From Comamonas sp. (GTDB taxonomy: Bacteria; Pseudomonadota; Gammaproteobacteria; Burkholderiales; Burkholderiaceae_C): a stretch of DNA of 64,000 nucleotides. The notes below the pieces were generated by a model. The model searched no databases, was not told the origin of the DNA, and saw only the letters and a list, made by a program, of their open reading frames with translations. The stretch lies in the NCBI GenBank assembly GCA_036646255.1, contig JAVXMM010000006.1, positions 16,538-80,537 on the forward strand, written 5' to 3'. Each line of letters opens with the position of its first letter. Position 1 is the stretch's first letter. Made by a program: the position numbers and the translations under genes. Below are positions 28,103-37,259 of this stretch, piece by piece.

Positions 28103-29302
28103 ATGACGCTGCGTTACGCCTCTCGCCTCGACAATGTCGAGACCTCCGCCATCCGCGAATTGTTCAAGCTGCTGGGCAAGCCCGGCATCATCAGCTTTGC
28201 CGGGGGTTTCCCCGACGCTGCCATGTTTGACGTGGACGGTGTGCAGCAGGCCGTCAACGCTGCGCTGGCCGAGGAGCCCGGCGCCGCACTGCAATACGGT
28301 GCGACCGAAGGCTATATGCCATTCCGTGAGCAAATCGCCAGCTTTATGGGCAGCAAGGGTGTGCATGACTTGGCAGCTGACCAGCTAATCACTACCACGG
28401 GCAGCCAGCAGGCGCTAGATCTGCTGGCCAAGACCATGATCTCGCCCGGCGACAAGGTGATTGTGGAAGGCCCCACTTTTCTCGCCACCATCCAGTGCTT
28501 TCGCCTGTACGGCGCTGAGCTGATCAGCGCGCCAATTGACGATAACGGCGTCATCGCCGATGAGTTGGACAAGCTGATTGCCGAGCACAAGCCCAAGATG
28601 GTGTATTTGATTCCCACCTTTGGTAACCCCAGCGGCACCCTGCTGAACTTGGAGCGCCGCAAGCAGATCCTGGAAATGGCCGTGCGCCACCAGACCCTGA
28701 TTGTGGAAGACGACCCGTATGGTGACCTGTATTTTGGCGATGCCCCGCCGCCGCCCAGCATGCTGGCGCTGTCGCACACCGTGCCTGGCAGCCGCGACTA
28801 TTTGGCCCATTGCGGCAGCATGAGCAAGGTGCTCAGCCCCGGCTTACGTCTGGGCTGGTTGATTGCTCCGGCCGATTTGCTGAGCAAATGCGTGATGTGC
28901 AAGCAGTTCAGCGACGCGCACACCAGCACGTTTACCCAAGCCACTGCAGCCCAGTATTTAAAGGCGGGCCGCATGCCCGCTACCCTTGCTCGCGTGCGCA
29001 CTACTTATGCGGCGCGCAGCCAAGCCATGGGCGACGCACTGCGTAGCCAGCTGGGCGATGCTGTGCGCTTTGTGCAGCCTCAGGGCGGCATGTTTATCTG
29101 GGTGCATTTGACGGGTGCGGGTGGTAAGGAGAAAGATGGCGATGCGCTTGCCAAGCGCGCCATCGACAAGGGTGTGGCCTTTGTGCCCGGCGCACCGTTT
29201 TTCTGCAGCAACCCGGATCGATTGACCTTGCGCCTGTCGTTTGCTACGGCCGATATTCCGAAGATTGAAGAAGGTATTGCGCGTTTAGCGCAGGCTTTTT
29301 AA
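28103..29302 (+). CDS. PLP-dependent aminotransferase class I/II (LysN-like)
   Basis: SFAGGFP, NPSG, EDDPY, SMSKVLSPGLRLGW, LRLSF. Confidence 0.9.
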   Translation: MTLRYASRLDNVETSAIRELFKLLGKPGIISFAGGFPDAAMFDVDGVQQAVNAALAEEPGAALQYGATEGYMPFREQIASFMGSKGVHDLAADQLITTTGSQQALDLLAKTMISPGDKVIVEGPTFLATIQCFRLYGAELISAPIDDNGVIADELDKLIAEHKPKMVYLIPTFGNPSGTLLNLERRKQILEMAVRHQTLIVEDDPYGDLYFGDAPPPPSMLALSHTVPGSRDYLAHCGSMSKVLSPGLRLGWLIAPADLLSKCVMCKQFSDAHTSTFTQATAAQYLKAGRMPATLARVRTTYAARSQAMGDALRSQLGDAVRFVQPQGGMFIWVHLTGAGGKEKDGDALAKRAIDKGVAFVPGAPFFCSNPDRLTLRLSFATADIPKIEEGIARLAQAF

Positions 29303-29393
29303 ACCTGTTTTTTAGTACGGCGCCGGTGTGTGATGCGTCACACACCGGCGTTACTATTTTTGGGGCGGAGTGCCCGCCCGCTAAGGATTGACT

Positions 29394-29615
29394 ATGTCCA
29401 CCAACGACGCATTGCAAGCCCGCCTTGAGGCTCTGGAGATCAAGGCCTCCTATGCCGACGACCTGCTCGAAGAGTTGAACCTCACTATCTACAAGCAGCA
29501 ACAGCAAATAGAGCGCCTGTCGCAACGCATCCAGGATCTGCATCAACGCATGCCCGAACCAGGTGGAGGTGCGGCTCTGCACAACTTGCGTGATGAGCTG
29601 CCTCCTCACTATTGA
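29394..29615 (+). CDS. slyX: SlyX protein
   Basis: 'RLEALEIKASYADDLLEELN' and C-terminal 'PPHY'. Confidence 0.9.
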   Translation: MSTNDALQARLEALEIKASYADDLLEELNLTIYKQQQQIERLSQRIQDLHQRMPEPGGGAALHNLRDELPPHY

Positions 29616-29662
29616 TTTAGGAGCTGCTAGCGCCCAGTAGTAGGGCACTAGCGGTTGTTTTT
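29608..29662 (+). repeat. Palindromic repeat copy containing the slyX stop
   Basis: ACTATTGATTTAGGAGCTGCTAGCGCCC..GGGCACTAGCGGTTGTTTTT. Confidence 0.8.
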
Positions 29663-29682
29663 ATTAAACCTTCCCGCGCGAC

Positions 29683-31086
29683 TTAAGCTTTAAAGGTTAA
29701 CCAAGGTTTGAGCCTGACGCTGGCGCGAATCAATCCCGCTTCTTCTTGCGCCTTGAGCACCGGCCCCACGGGCTTGTAGGCACTAGGTGCCTCTTCAATC
29801 ATGCGCTCCTCACGCAAGGTGATGCATTGCCAGACGGATTCGAGCAGCGGCTGCTTCATACGGCGCATGTCTTGCCTGCGAACTTGGCGGCCTGCACCGT
29901 GGCTGCAGGATTGCAGCCAGTCTTCATGTCCCAGTCCCTTGACGAGAAACGAGTAATCGCCCATGGATCCGGGAATCAGCGCCCATTGCTCCGTGTGTGC
30001 TGGCGTTGAGCCTTTGCGGTGCACGTTGAATTCGCCCTCTCGCATGACCACGTTGTGTGGCACATCCACAATCAGGCGCGATGCATCTGGCGGTGCAATG
30101 CCTGCCAGCTCCTTACGCACCAACTCGGCTAGCGCCATGCGGTTGAACCAGGCATAACGCGCAGCCACGCCCATCGCTTGCAGATAGTCGCTTGCCAGCG
30201 AGCCGCTCAGGCCATACAGGCCATGCACCGGGTGCTTGATGCCTTGTGGCCATTGCTGTTTGGCCAAGTCCATCCAGCGGCGGCCCACATAAAACCCCAC
30301 ATCGCGCGAGCCGGTGTGAATCATCACCGTCACATCGCCTTTTTTGAGCCCAGCGGCATAGGCAGCGTGGCGGTCATAGATTTCATCGACAACGCAGAAC
30401 TCCAGAAAGTGGTTGCCGCTGCCCAGGTCGGCCGCTGACGGCGGGCGCACCATTTCACGTGCCTGGAGCAAGGCTTCAGGCGCATAGCGGCTTTGGCCCG
30501 CAAAGCCCTGCAGGCCCACGCATTCGGCCAGCTCGGTCTGAATGCGGTCACGGTCTACGCTTTGCCACAGGCCCTTATCTGGCAGTTGCTCGATAAAGGC
30601 TTGCGGGCCTTCATCAAATAAAGCCTTGAAGCCTTCAGTACGAACCGGCACATCACGGCCATTTTGCAGAATGGCGCGGGTCAGGCGCTGGACGATGGTG
30701 CTTTTGTGCAATTTGGCCTGGGTCTCGTTCAAGCCCGTGGTCATCAGACGAATGCCGCAGTTGATGTCCGTGCCTATAGCGGCGGGGATTACAAAGTCTG
30801 GCGTCGTTGCCACGACAGACCCCACAGGCGCAATGCTGCCGGGGTGGAAGTCCGGCGTAGCGCATGCTTTGCAGACCGCACCGTGGCCATTTGGGTCAGA
30901 TACAGAGGCGAAGTCCAGCAACTGGCTCACGGCTTTTTGCTCCAGCGGCAAACTGTCTGGCAGCAAGATGGTGGCAGCCGCCTGCTCGTTATGGATTTGA
31001 TAAATATTATCTCGGTACGAGACTTGGATGCCCTGACGTGACAGGGCTTTTTTCAGGCGGGAGAGCTTCCCGGATAGTTTGGACAT
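29683..31086 (-). CDS. rtcB: RtcB-family RNA 3'-phosphate/5'-OH ligase
   Basis: PDFHPG, DINCG, GSGNHF, HTGSR, HN, HRKG, IPGSMG, SHGAGR, EEAPSAYK all present. An alternative in-frame ATG lies at 31161. Confidence 0.92.
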   Translation of the reverse strand: MSKLSGKLSRLKKALSRQGIQVSYRDNIYQIHNEQAAATILLPDSLPLEQKAVSQLLDFASVSDPNGHGAVCKACATPDFHPGSIAPVGSVVATTPDFVIPAAIGTDINCGIRLMTTGLNETQAKLHKSTIVQRLTRAILQNGRDVPVRTEGFKALFDEGPQAFIEQLPDKGLWQSVDRDRIQTELAECVGLQGFAGQSRYAPEALLQAREMVRPPSAADLGSGNHFLEFCVVDEIYDRHAAYAAGLKKGDVTVMIHTGSRDVGFYVGRRWMDLAKQQWPQGIKHPVHGLYGLSGSLASDYLQAMGVAARYAWFNRMALAELVRKELAGIAPPDASRLIVDVPHNVVMREGEFNVHRKGSTPAHTEQWALIPGSMGDYSFLVKGLGHEDWLQSCSHGAGRQVRRQDMRRMKQPLLESVWQCITLREERMIEEAPSAYKPVGPVLKAQEEAGLIRASVRLKPWLTFKA

Positions 31087-31190
31087 GATGCTGAGAAAAA
31101 CAGGTACGCAAAAGCGATCTCCGAACTGAGGGAGACGCGACGCACCTTCGAGCAGCAGCATCAAGAAGGATGAGTAAGCGGGGGATTGTA
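31086..31190 (-). promoter_or_regulatory. rtcB -10 element and long stem-loop 5' leader
   Basis: TACAAT at 31190-31185; nested helices spanning 31163-31086. Confidence 0.55.
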
Positions 31191-31236
31191 GACATCTGTC
31201 ACAGGATCACCAATCCCGCGTTGCTAATATGCTGCA

Positions 31237-31806
31237 ATGCAAAATACCTGCTCTACGTCAGACACCATTCCCGCGCCGCTGCAGGCTTTGTACGACGCAG
31301 CTGCTGCCATCGGCCCAGAGTTCGATCTTTCGCCTGAGAACGTATTTGACGACTGCGGCTTGATTTTGGAAATTCCGCCTGCGCGTAACTGGATGGATTG
31401 GTGCACGCCGCGCAATGTGGTGACATTTGCCACTACGGGCGGTGACAGCGTGCATTACAGCTATCTGGTGGATGAGCGCCTGCCTGCAGATGTGTGCCCC
31501 ATTGTCATGACGCTGCCCTGCGTGAACGAGTTCAGCTGGGTGGTTGCCGAGAGCTTTCAGGAGTTTTTTGACTACGGCTACCACGTAGGCTGGTTCAGCC
31601 TGGAGCAGCTGTATTACGACGAAGAGGAAGGTGAGGCGTATTTCCGTCAGCCTAGCGACACCTTCAGTGAACTTGGTGCTGAGCAATTGGCGCTGTTGCA
31701 CAAGGTGCTGAACATGAAACCCGTGCCGCCTGCGTTGACACGCATTGCCGAGTTGCAGGAGAAGTACCACGCGATGCTGGCTATACCGCCGATGCCTGAA
31801 GACTGA
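31237..31806 (+). CDS. Hypothetical acidic protein, possibly SMI1/KNR4 (SUKH)-like
   Basis: 189 aa; 'FATTGGDSVHY', 'PIV', 'VAESFQEF' resemble the SUKH core and tail. Confidence 0.6.
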   Translation: MQNTCSTSDTIPAPLQALYDAAAAIGPEFDLSPENVFDDCGLILEIPPARNWMDWCTPRNVVTFATTGGDSVHYSYLVDERLPADVCPIVMTLPCVNEFSWVVAESFQEFFDYGYHVGWFSLEQLYYDEEEGEAYFRQPSDTFSELGAEQLALLHKVLNMKPVPPALTRIAELQEKYHAMLAIPPMPED

Positions 31807-31962
31807 GTTGCTTCAATGGCAGCTGGCGCAGCCTGGGCACGCTACTGCGCCGCCTTGGTGCAGGCTGCGATGGCCCGTTTTTTGCAGTAGTCATGGTGAT
31901 TGCCGCTGCCGTTCCTAGAATGGCGCAGCAGTCACCTTTATTTTTTGTTTGAGTATTGACCC

Positions 31963-32472
31963 ATGGCTATCGACGTTAGTAATCTCACCCACAGCATTCA
32001 ACTGGCTGTGGCCCCGGTTTTCTTTTTGACGGCAGTGGCCGGCATGATTGGTGCGGTGGCCGGGCGTTTGGCGCGCATTATTGACCGCGGCCGGGTGCTG
32101 GAGGATCGCATGAGCGCATCGCGCGATGCTGATTACATCAAGCGCTCCCTGATGGAGCTAGGATTTTTGCGCCGGCGCGGGCGGCTTGCCAATGTGTGCA
32201 TTGGGTTGCTGACGTTGTGCGGCGCGCTGATCTCGCTGACCATCATCTTGTTGTTTGTGGGCCAGACGACCACGTCGGCCATTGATGCAAAAAGCTGGTC
32301 CCTGGCCGCCATGTTTAGCTTTGGCCTGGGCGTGGTCAGCTTTGTGGCGGCGCTGTGCTGCTTCATGGTGGAGACGATGATGGCGACCCAACTACTGAAC
32401 TTTCATACGCTGCGCCAGCCCGTGGTTGCTGGCTTGGAGAAGGTGGTACAGGATAAAAATGCTATCGAATAA
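31963..32472 (+). CDS. DUF2721-family membrane protein
   Basis: 'IQLAVAPVFFLTAV' and 'RLARIIDRGR'; three TM segments. Confidence 0.8.
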   Translation: MAIDVSNLTHSIQLAVAPVFFLTAVAGMIGAVAGRLARIIDRGRVLEDRMSASRDADYIKRSLMELGFLRRRGRLANVCIGLLTLCGALISLTIILLFVGQTTTSAIDAKSWSLAAMFSFGLGVVSFVAALCCFMVETMMATQLLNFHTLRQPVVAGLEKVVQDKNAIE

Positions 32473-32515
32473 GTAGCTCTTAACGCCCTGTGGGTGGGCG
32501 CTAGTGGGCATGTTT
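32460..32515 (+). repeat. Palindromic repeat copy containing the DUF2721 stop
   Basis: TGCTATCGAATAAGTAGCTCTTAACGCCC..GGGCGCTAGTGGGC. Confidence 0.78.
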
Positions 32516-32524
32516 ATCAAAGTA

Positions 32525-33409
32525 TTAGGAGGCCGCTGGCGCGTACAGTGCCCGGCACAACTCGACCCAGGCCTTGCCGGCACGCGGCAGGTAATCGGTG
32601 CGCCAGGTCAGGCCAAAATCGTGGCTGAGCGTGGGTTGCACTAGTGGCAGGCAAGTAACAAGGTTTGGGTCGTAACGTGCTGCCACATGCTCAAACATGA
32701 TGGCCACGCCTACATCGGCGGCCACCAGGTCACCAATAAAATCCCAGTAACGGCTTTGCAGCGCGATCTGCGGTGTAAATCCGGCGCGCTCACAGCAGGC
32801 GCGCACGCCTTCGTGCAGGGCGAAGTCGCTTTCATACATCACAAAGGGGAGGGTGGCCAGGTCGCACCAGCGCACCTGGTTGGCGCATTGCGGAGCGCGG
32901 GATTTTGCAAACACGGCGACTGTGGTGTGGGTTTTGATGGGCAGGCTGGCCAGCGTGCTGCCGGGGCGCAGCAGGCCCATGGCCAGGTCTATCTCGCCGC
33001 TGCTTACCGCTTGCTCCAACGCCCGCGCACCTTGCTCGCGCAGTTGCAGTTGCACGCCGGGATAGCTTTTTTGGTACTGCGCAATGATGGGTGCCATGTA
33101 GTGCCCGGTGGTGGGGGAGATGCCCACCGTGAGCGCGCCACGCGCAATGCCGTCGACTTCGGCCACCTCTTGCCGTAATCGTTCGGCGTCTTGAAGCAAT
33201 TGCTGGCCGCGCGCATACACCACGCGCCCAGCGTCAGTCAGGCGCACCTGGCGGCCTTCGCGTAACAGAAGCGGGCCGCCTAGCTCGTCTTCCAAGCTTT
33301 TGACCATTTTGCTGATGGTGGGCTGGGTGACGTAGAGATTCTCGGCCGCGCGAGTAAAGCTGTTGGTGCCGACTACTTCTACAAAATAGCGCAGTGCTCG
33401 TATGTCCAT
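32525..33409 (-). CDS. LysR regulator (CidR-like)
   Basis: LysR HTH 'SFTRAAENLYVTQPTISK'; divergent from cidAB. Confidence 0.88.
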   Translation of the reverse strand: MDIRALRYFVEVVGTNSFTRAAENLYVTQPTISKMVKSLEDELGGPLLLREGRQVRLTDAGRVVYARGQQLLQDAERLRQEVAEVDGIARGALTVGISPTTGHYMAPIIAQYQKSYPGVQLQLREQGARALEQAVSSGEIDLAMGLLRPGSTLASLPIKTHTTVAVFAKSRAPQCANQVRWCDLATLPFVMYESDFALHEGVRACCERAGFTPQIALQSRYWDFIGDLVAADVGVAIMFEHVAARYDPNLVTCLPLVQPTLSHDFGLTWRTDYLPRAGKAWVELCRALYAPAAS

Positions 33410-33414
33410 GATGC

Positions 33415-33429
33415 ATTCCTAATAGGAAT
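33415..33429. promoter_or_regulatory. LysR recognition site
   Basis: ATTCCT-AAT-AGGAAT dyad with T-N11-A core. Confidence 0.65.
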
Positions 33430-33554
33430 GGAATTTATAAAAATAAGTCATTTTACGAATGATTTTTGGGTTTTTACAATCAAGTTTTGTGCGGTGCAGC
33501 AATGCGCCGAAATACGGACGCTTGCCGTCAAAACTTCCCGCAAGCGATAGCGCA

Positions 33555-34052
33555 ATGACTACCGATTCCAAGGCAGCGGCACCCAGGCCTGCTGCAACCA
33601 CCCCCCATCGCCCAAGCGTCAAAAGCGCGCATAGTGCAATCGCCACAGTTTTGCAGGTGCTGCTGCTCAGCGCCATTTGGCTGGTTGCCGAGGCGTTGCG
33701 CAGCCGCATGGGCTGGGGCGTGCCCGCTGGGCTGATTGGCTTTGCTGTGCTGGCCATTGGCCTTTTTACGCGTGTCGTGCCTGTGCACTGGCTGGCGTGC
33801 GGCACGCGCTGGTTGATGGCCGATATGCTGCTGTTCTTTATCCCCGCCATGCTGGTGGTGGTGAACTATGGCGACCTGGTGCGCAGCCAGGGCCTGCGCA
33901 TTTTGCTGGTGATTGTGCTGAGCACCATCTGCGTGATGGCCGTGACTGCCTTGGTGGTGGATGCGGTCTACAAGTTAGAGCTGCGCCTGGCCCAGCGCAG
34001 CCGTAGCAAGCAGCGTGCGGGTTGCAGCTCAGGTGTAAAGGCGGTGCGGTGA
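33555..34052 (+). CDS. cidA: CidA/LrgA holin-like protein
   Basis: 'P.GLIG' and 'LMADMLLFFIPA' motifs. Confidence 0.85.
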   Translation: MTTDSKAAAPRPAATTPHRPSVKSAHSAIATVLQVLLLSAIWLVAEALRSRMGWGVPAGLIGFAVLAIGLFTRVVPVHWLACGTRWLMADMLLFFIPAMLVVVNYGDLVRSQGLRILLVIVLSTICVMAVTALVVDAVYKLELRLAQRSRSKQRAGCSSGVKAVR

Positions 34053-34771
34053 TGACTGATTTTCGCCTGTTGCCGCTTAGCAGCGCCAGCGCTGCCCTGT
34101 TGTCGCTGGCGCTGACTTTGGCGTGCTACTACGCCAACAAGCGCATTTACCAGCGTCACCGCTACACCTGGCTCATGCCTATCATCAGCACGCCATTGGT
34201 GCTTTTGGCGGTGATGCTGCTGCTGGGCATTGGTTATGACGACTACCGCACCCATACACACTGGCTGGTGTGGCTGCTGGGCCCCACCACGGTGGCGTTT
34301 GCGCTACCTTTGTTTGAGTACCGCGGCATGGTGCGCAAGCACTGGCTGTCGATTTTTAGCGGGGTAGTTGCGGCCAGCGCGGTGTCGATCATCACCTCGG
34401 TCTGGTTTGCGCGCTGGCTGGATCTGTCGCCCCTGCTGCAAAAGGGCTTGGCCATGCGCAGCGTGACCACGCCCTTTGCGGTAGAGGCCGAGCGTGCCAT
34501 GGGCGGCCCGCTTGATTTGGCCGCGCTGTTTGTCCTGCTGACTGGCGTGACTGGCATGCTCATAGGCAGCACCGTGCTGCGCTGCTTGCCGCGCCTGCAC
34601 AGCCGTGTGGCAGCAGGCGCCATGCTGGGCGGCGCAGCCCACGGATCAGGTGTAGCCAAGGCGCATATGGCCGGCCCGCAGCAAGGCGTGGCCGCATCCC
34701 TGGTGATGATGATTGCTGGCGCGTTAAATGTATTGGCAGCCCCTTGGGTTGGGGCTTGGTTGTTTGGCTAA
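34052..34771 (+). CDS. cidB: LrgB/CidB-family membrane protein
   Basis: LLGPTTVAFALP, RSVTTPFA, GGAAHG.G. Confidence 0.88.
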   Translation: MTDFRLLPLSSASAALLSLALTLACYYANKRIYQRHRYTWLMPIISTPLVLLAVMLLLGIGYDDYRTHTHWLVWLLGPTTVAFALPLFEYRGMVRKHWLSIFSGVVAASAVSIITSVWFARWLDLSPLLQKGLAMRSVTTPFAVEAERAMGGPLDLAALFVLLTGVTGMLIGSTVLRCLPRLHSRVAAGAMLGGAAHGSGVAKAHMAGPQQGVAASLVMMIAGALNVLAAPWVGAWLFG

Positions 34772-34785
34772 GCGGTGGGGTGAGT

Positions 34786-34840
34786 TGCTCCTGAAAAGCT
34801 AGCTGCTAGCGCACTCCAGGAAAGCGCTAAGCCCATTTTT
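34786..34840 (+). repeat. Palindromic repeat copy between convergent cidB and M28 peptidase
   Basis: GCTCCTGAAAAGCTAGCTGCTAGCGCAC..AAGCGCTAAGCCCATTTTT. Confidence 0.78.
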
Positions 34841-36023
34841 AATACTGAATGGGCTGCACGCCATCGGCCTTCTTCGCTGGTGCGGCTAGTGCCATGGCCA
34901 GCACGGCGTTCACGGCTTGGGCCATGCGGCGGTAGTCCAGTTTGTTCCAGGTGTCACTGCTGCGGTGGTAGTGCGGGTTTCGCATGAACGAGGTGTCCGT
35001 CACCATCAGCGCAGGGTAGCCAAAATGCAAGTAGTTTTGGTGATCTGAAAAATCGGCCCCTCGCATCGATGCCGGTGCATTGAGTGCGTGGATGGCTAGC
35101 GGTGCGGTGCCCGCTTTGTCGATTTGCGTACCTGCCTGCATCTGCGCCTTGGCTGTGCGCGTTGCACCAAAATGGCGCAGCGGGCCAATCAACGCGAGGA
35201 AGTTACCAGCGTTGGGGTAGATTGCCGTCATACCGGGAATGGGGTAGCGCTGGCTGCTGGGGGTATCGTCAAAATAGCCGAGCATCTCTAGCGACAGCAT
35301 CATGCGCAGCGGTGTGCCGCCATAGGCTAGCTGTGCTGCATGTTGGTAGCTGCCCATTTGCTGGGTGCGGAACTGCGGCGGCTCCTCCAACGTGTAGGCC
35401 ACTAGCTCAATGGGTTGCACAGGAGGGGAGGCGACGAGCAAGCGGGCCAGCTCGAGCAAGCCAGCCACGCCGCTGGCGTTATCGTCGGCGCCGGGCGTGT
35501 GGCTGTTTGCATCGGGCGTGCCACCATCAGCCACCCCATTGGTATGCATGGCGTCGTAATGCGCGCCAATCACCAGCAGCGGCGCATCTCCACCAGGCTG
35601 GCCTTGGCTGGGGCCTAGGCGCAGCACGATGTTTTCGTAGTAACTGCCGCCGACCTCCTTCACGATCTGGCGCTGCGGCTTGGTTCCTAGCGCTGTGAGC
35701 TGGTCAAAAATGTAATTGGCCGCTTTTTGCAACTGCACGGGTTGGTCAACGCCGCGGCCAGGGATGGATTCACTCAGGGTTCTGACATGGGCTTGTAGCC
35801 GCTTGGGCGAGGCGGCGCCTTGGCCGGCTAGTGATTGGGCCGCTGCAGGCAAGGCGCTGGCTTGGGTGAAGGGCGCGGTCATCAGCCACCAAGCGGATGC
35901 GGCCAACAAGGCTAGCAGGACGATGGCGATGAGCAAGAGGCGCAGTAGGCGTGCCAATGGACTACGTTTGCGGCGGGGTAGTACTGCCAGTGACAAAGGC
36001 GTGAAGTCGGTAGACAGGGCCAT
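34839..36023 (-). CDS. M28-family metallopeptidase, membrane anchored
   Basis: GAHYD, GADDNASG, EEPP, SDH, YH...D motifs; N-terminal TM segment. Confidence 0.88.
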   Translation of the reverse strand: MALSTDFTPLSLAVLPRRKRSPLARLLRLLLIAIVLLALLAASAWWLMTAPFTQASALPAAAQSLAGQGAASPKRLQAHVRTLSESIPGRGVDQPVQLQKAANYIFDQLTALGTKPQRQIVKEVGGSYYENIVLRLGPSQGQPGGDAPLLVIGAHYDAMHTNGVADGGTPDANSHTPGADDNASGVAGLLELARLLVASPPVQPIELVAYTLEEPPQFRTQQMGSYQHAAQLAYGGTPLRMMLSLEMLGYFDDTPSSQRYPIPGMTAIYPNAGNFLALIGPLRHFGATRTAKAQMQAGTQIDKAGTAPLAIHALNAPASMRGADFSDHQNYLHFGYPALMVTDTSFMRNPHYHRSSDTWNKLDYRRMAQAVNAVLAMALAAPAKKADGVQPIQY

Positions 36024-36285
36024 GGTGTGTAGCGTGCACGTAGAGGTTGCAGGGACCGCCAGGCACACCAACGCCAGTCAGGTGGTGCCTTTTCTCACAC
36101 AGCGTGGTGCTGTCCCTCGGGTTGCTTATTCAGTTAATTGTTTAACTATTGTTAACAACGATAACAGCAGTGATCGATTTTTACCAGTGATTTATGCCGC
36201 TGGTGCCCGGTGGCTACGGTGAAGCTGCTACGGTTTCGATACGGGGTTGAGGGCGCCTGGCTTGCCATTCAAAGGTCAACAGGCT

Positions 36286-37188
36286 TTAAGGCGGTGTCAG
36301 CACCACAGCGGCAGCGCGCATCACGCAGTCAGTCAGCCGCTGCAAGCTGGTCTGCGCGCTGCGTGGCAGGGCCCAATACAGCGGAACATCGAGCGGGGTG
36401 TTGGCAATCAGGGGCACCAAGCCGCCGCGCGCCAATTGCTCGGCAATCAGTACCGTAGGGTGCATGCCCCAGCCCATGCCAATCTCGCAAGCGCGCACAT
36501 AGCCGTAGTTGGATGGCAAAAAATGACGTGGCCCGCTGTTGCGCGATGCAAGACCATTGGCCTGCATCCACTGGTCTTGCAGGCGGTCTTTTCGGTCAAA
36601 CGTCATGATGGGCGCTTGCGCCAGGCTGGCGGCTGTTACGCCACCCGCAAAGTAGCGCGTAACAAAACCGGGGCTGGCGGCGGCTACATAGCGCATGGTG
36701 CCTAGCGCCCAGCTGTTGCAGCCGGTGATTTGCGTGGCAGTGGCGGTAACTGCTCCAATCACCTCGCCCTCGCGCAGGGCCTGGGCAGTGTGGTCTTGGT
36801 CGTCCACGCGCAGGTCCAGTAGTTCGTTACCAGCAGCAGTGAACGCAGCCATAGCGTCCATAAACCAGGTCGAGAGGGAGTCGGCATTGACGGCTAGCTT
36901 GATGGTGGGGGCGGCCACGGGTGCGTCGGGCAGCAGATCAGGGTTGCTGCGGCGCAGCTCGTTTTCTAGCAGCGCGACTTGCTCCACGTGCAGACATAGC
37001 CTGCGCCCGGCGTCGGTGCCTGTGCAGGGCGTGCCACGCTGCACGAGCACCTGGCCGGTGCGCTCCTCCAGCTGTTTTACGCGCTGTGACACCGCTGACG
37101 GCGTCACATGCAGCTTGCGCGCAGCTCGCTCAAAACTGCCTTCGCGCACCACGGCGGCCAAGGCCGACAATCCCAGGTAGTCCAGCAT
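36286..37188 (-). CDS. argP: ArgP/LysG-type LysR regulator
   Basis: 'GSFERAA..L.VTPSAVSQRVKQLEE' and 'AVNADSLSTWF'; divergent from lysE. Confidence 0.9.
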   Translation of the reverse strand: MLDYLGLSALAAVVREGSFERAARKLHVTPSAVSQRVKQLEERTGQVLVQRGTPCTGTDAGRRLCLHVEQVALLENELRRSNPDLLPDAPVAAPTIKLAVNADSLSTWFMDAMAAFTAAGNELLDLRVDDQDHTAQALREGEVIGAVTATATQITGCNSWALGTMRYVAAASPGFVTRYFAGGVTAASLAQAPIMTFDRKDRLQDQWMQANGLASRNSGPRHFLPSNYGYVRACEIGMGWGMHPTVLIAEQLARGGLVPLIANTPLDVPLYWALPRSAQTSLQRLTDCVMRAAAVVLTPP

Positions 37189-37259
37189 TTAGTTTTGTTT
37201 CATTTGTGTTAGATAAATTAAGTTTACTAAATTTTTGATGCAGCGCACAATCGCCACCT

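Noticed and set aside
29321-29350. 13-bp hairpin after the aminotransferase gene
   Set aside because: Adequately explained as a terminator or 3' stabiliser and unrelated to the repeat family.
33555-34771. Holin-like genes as a prophage lysis cassette
   Set aside because: They are CidA/LrgB with a divergent LysR, a common chromosomal module, and no phage genes are nearby.
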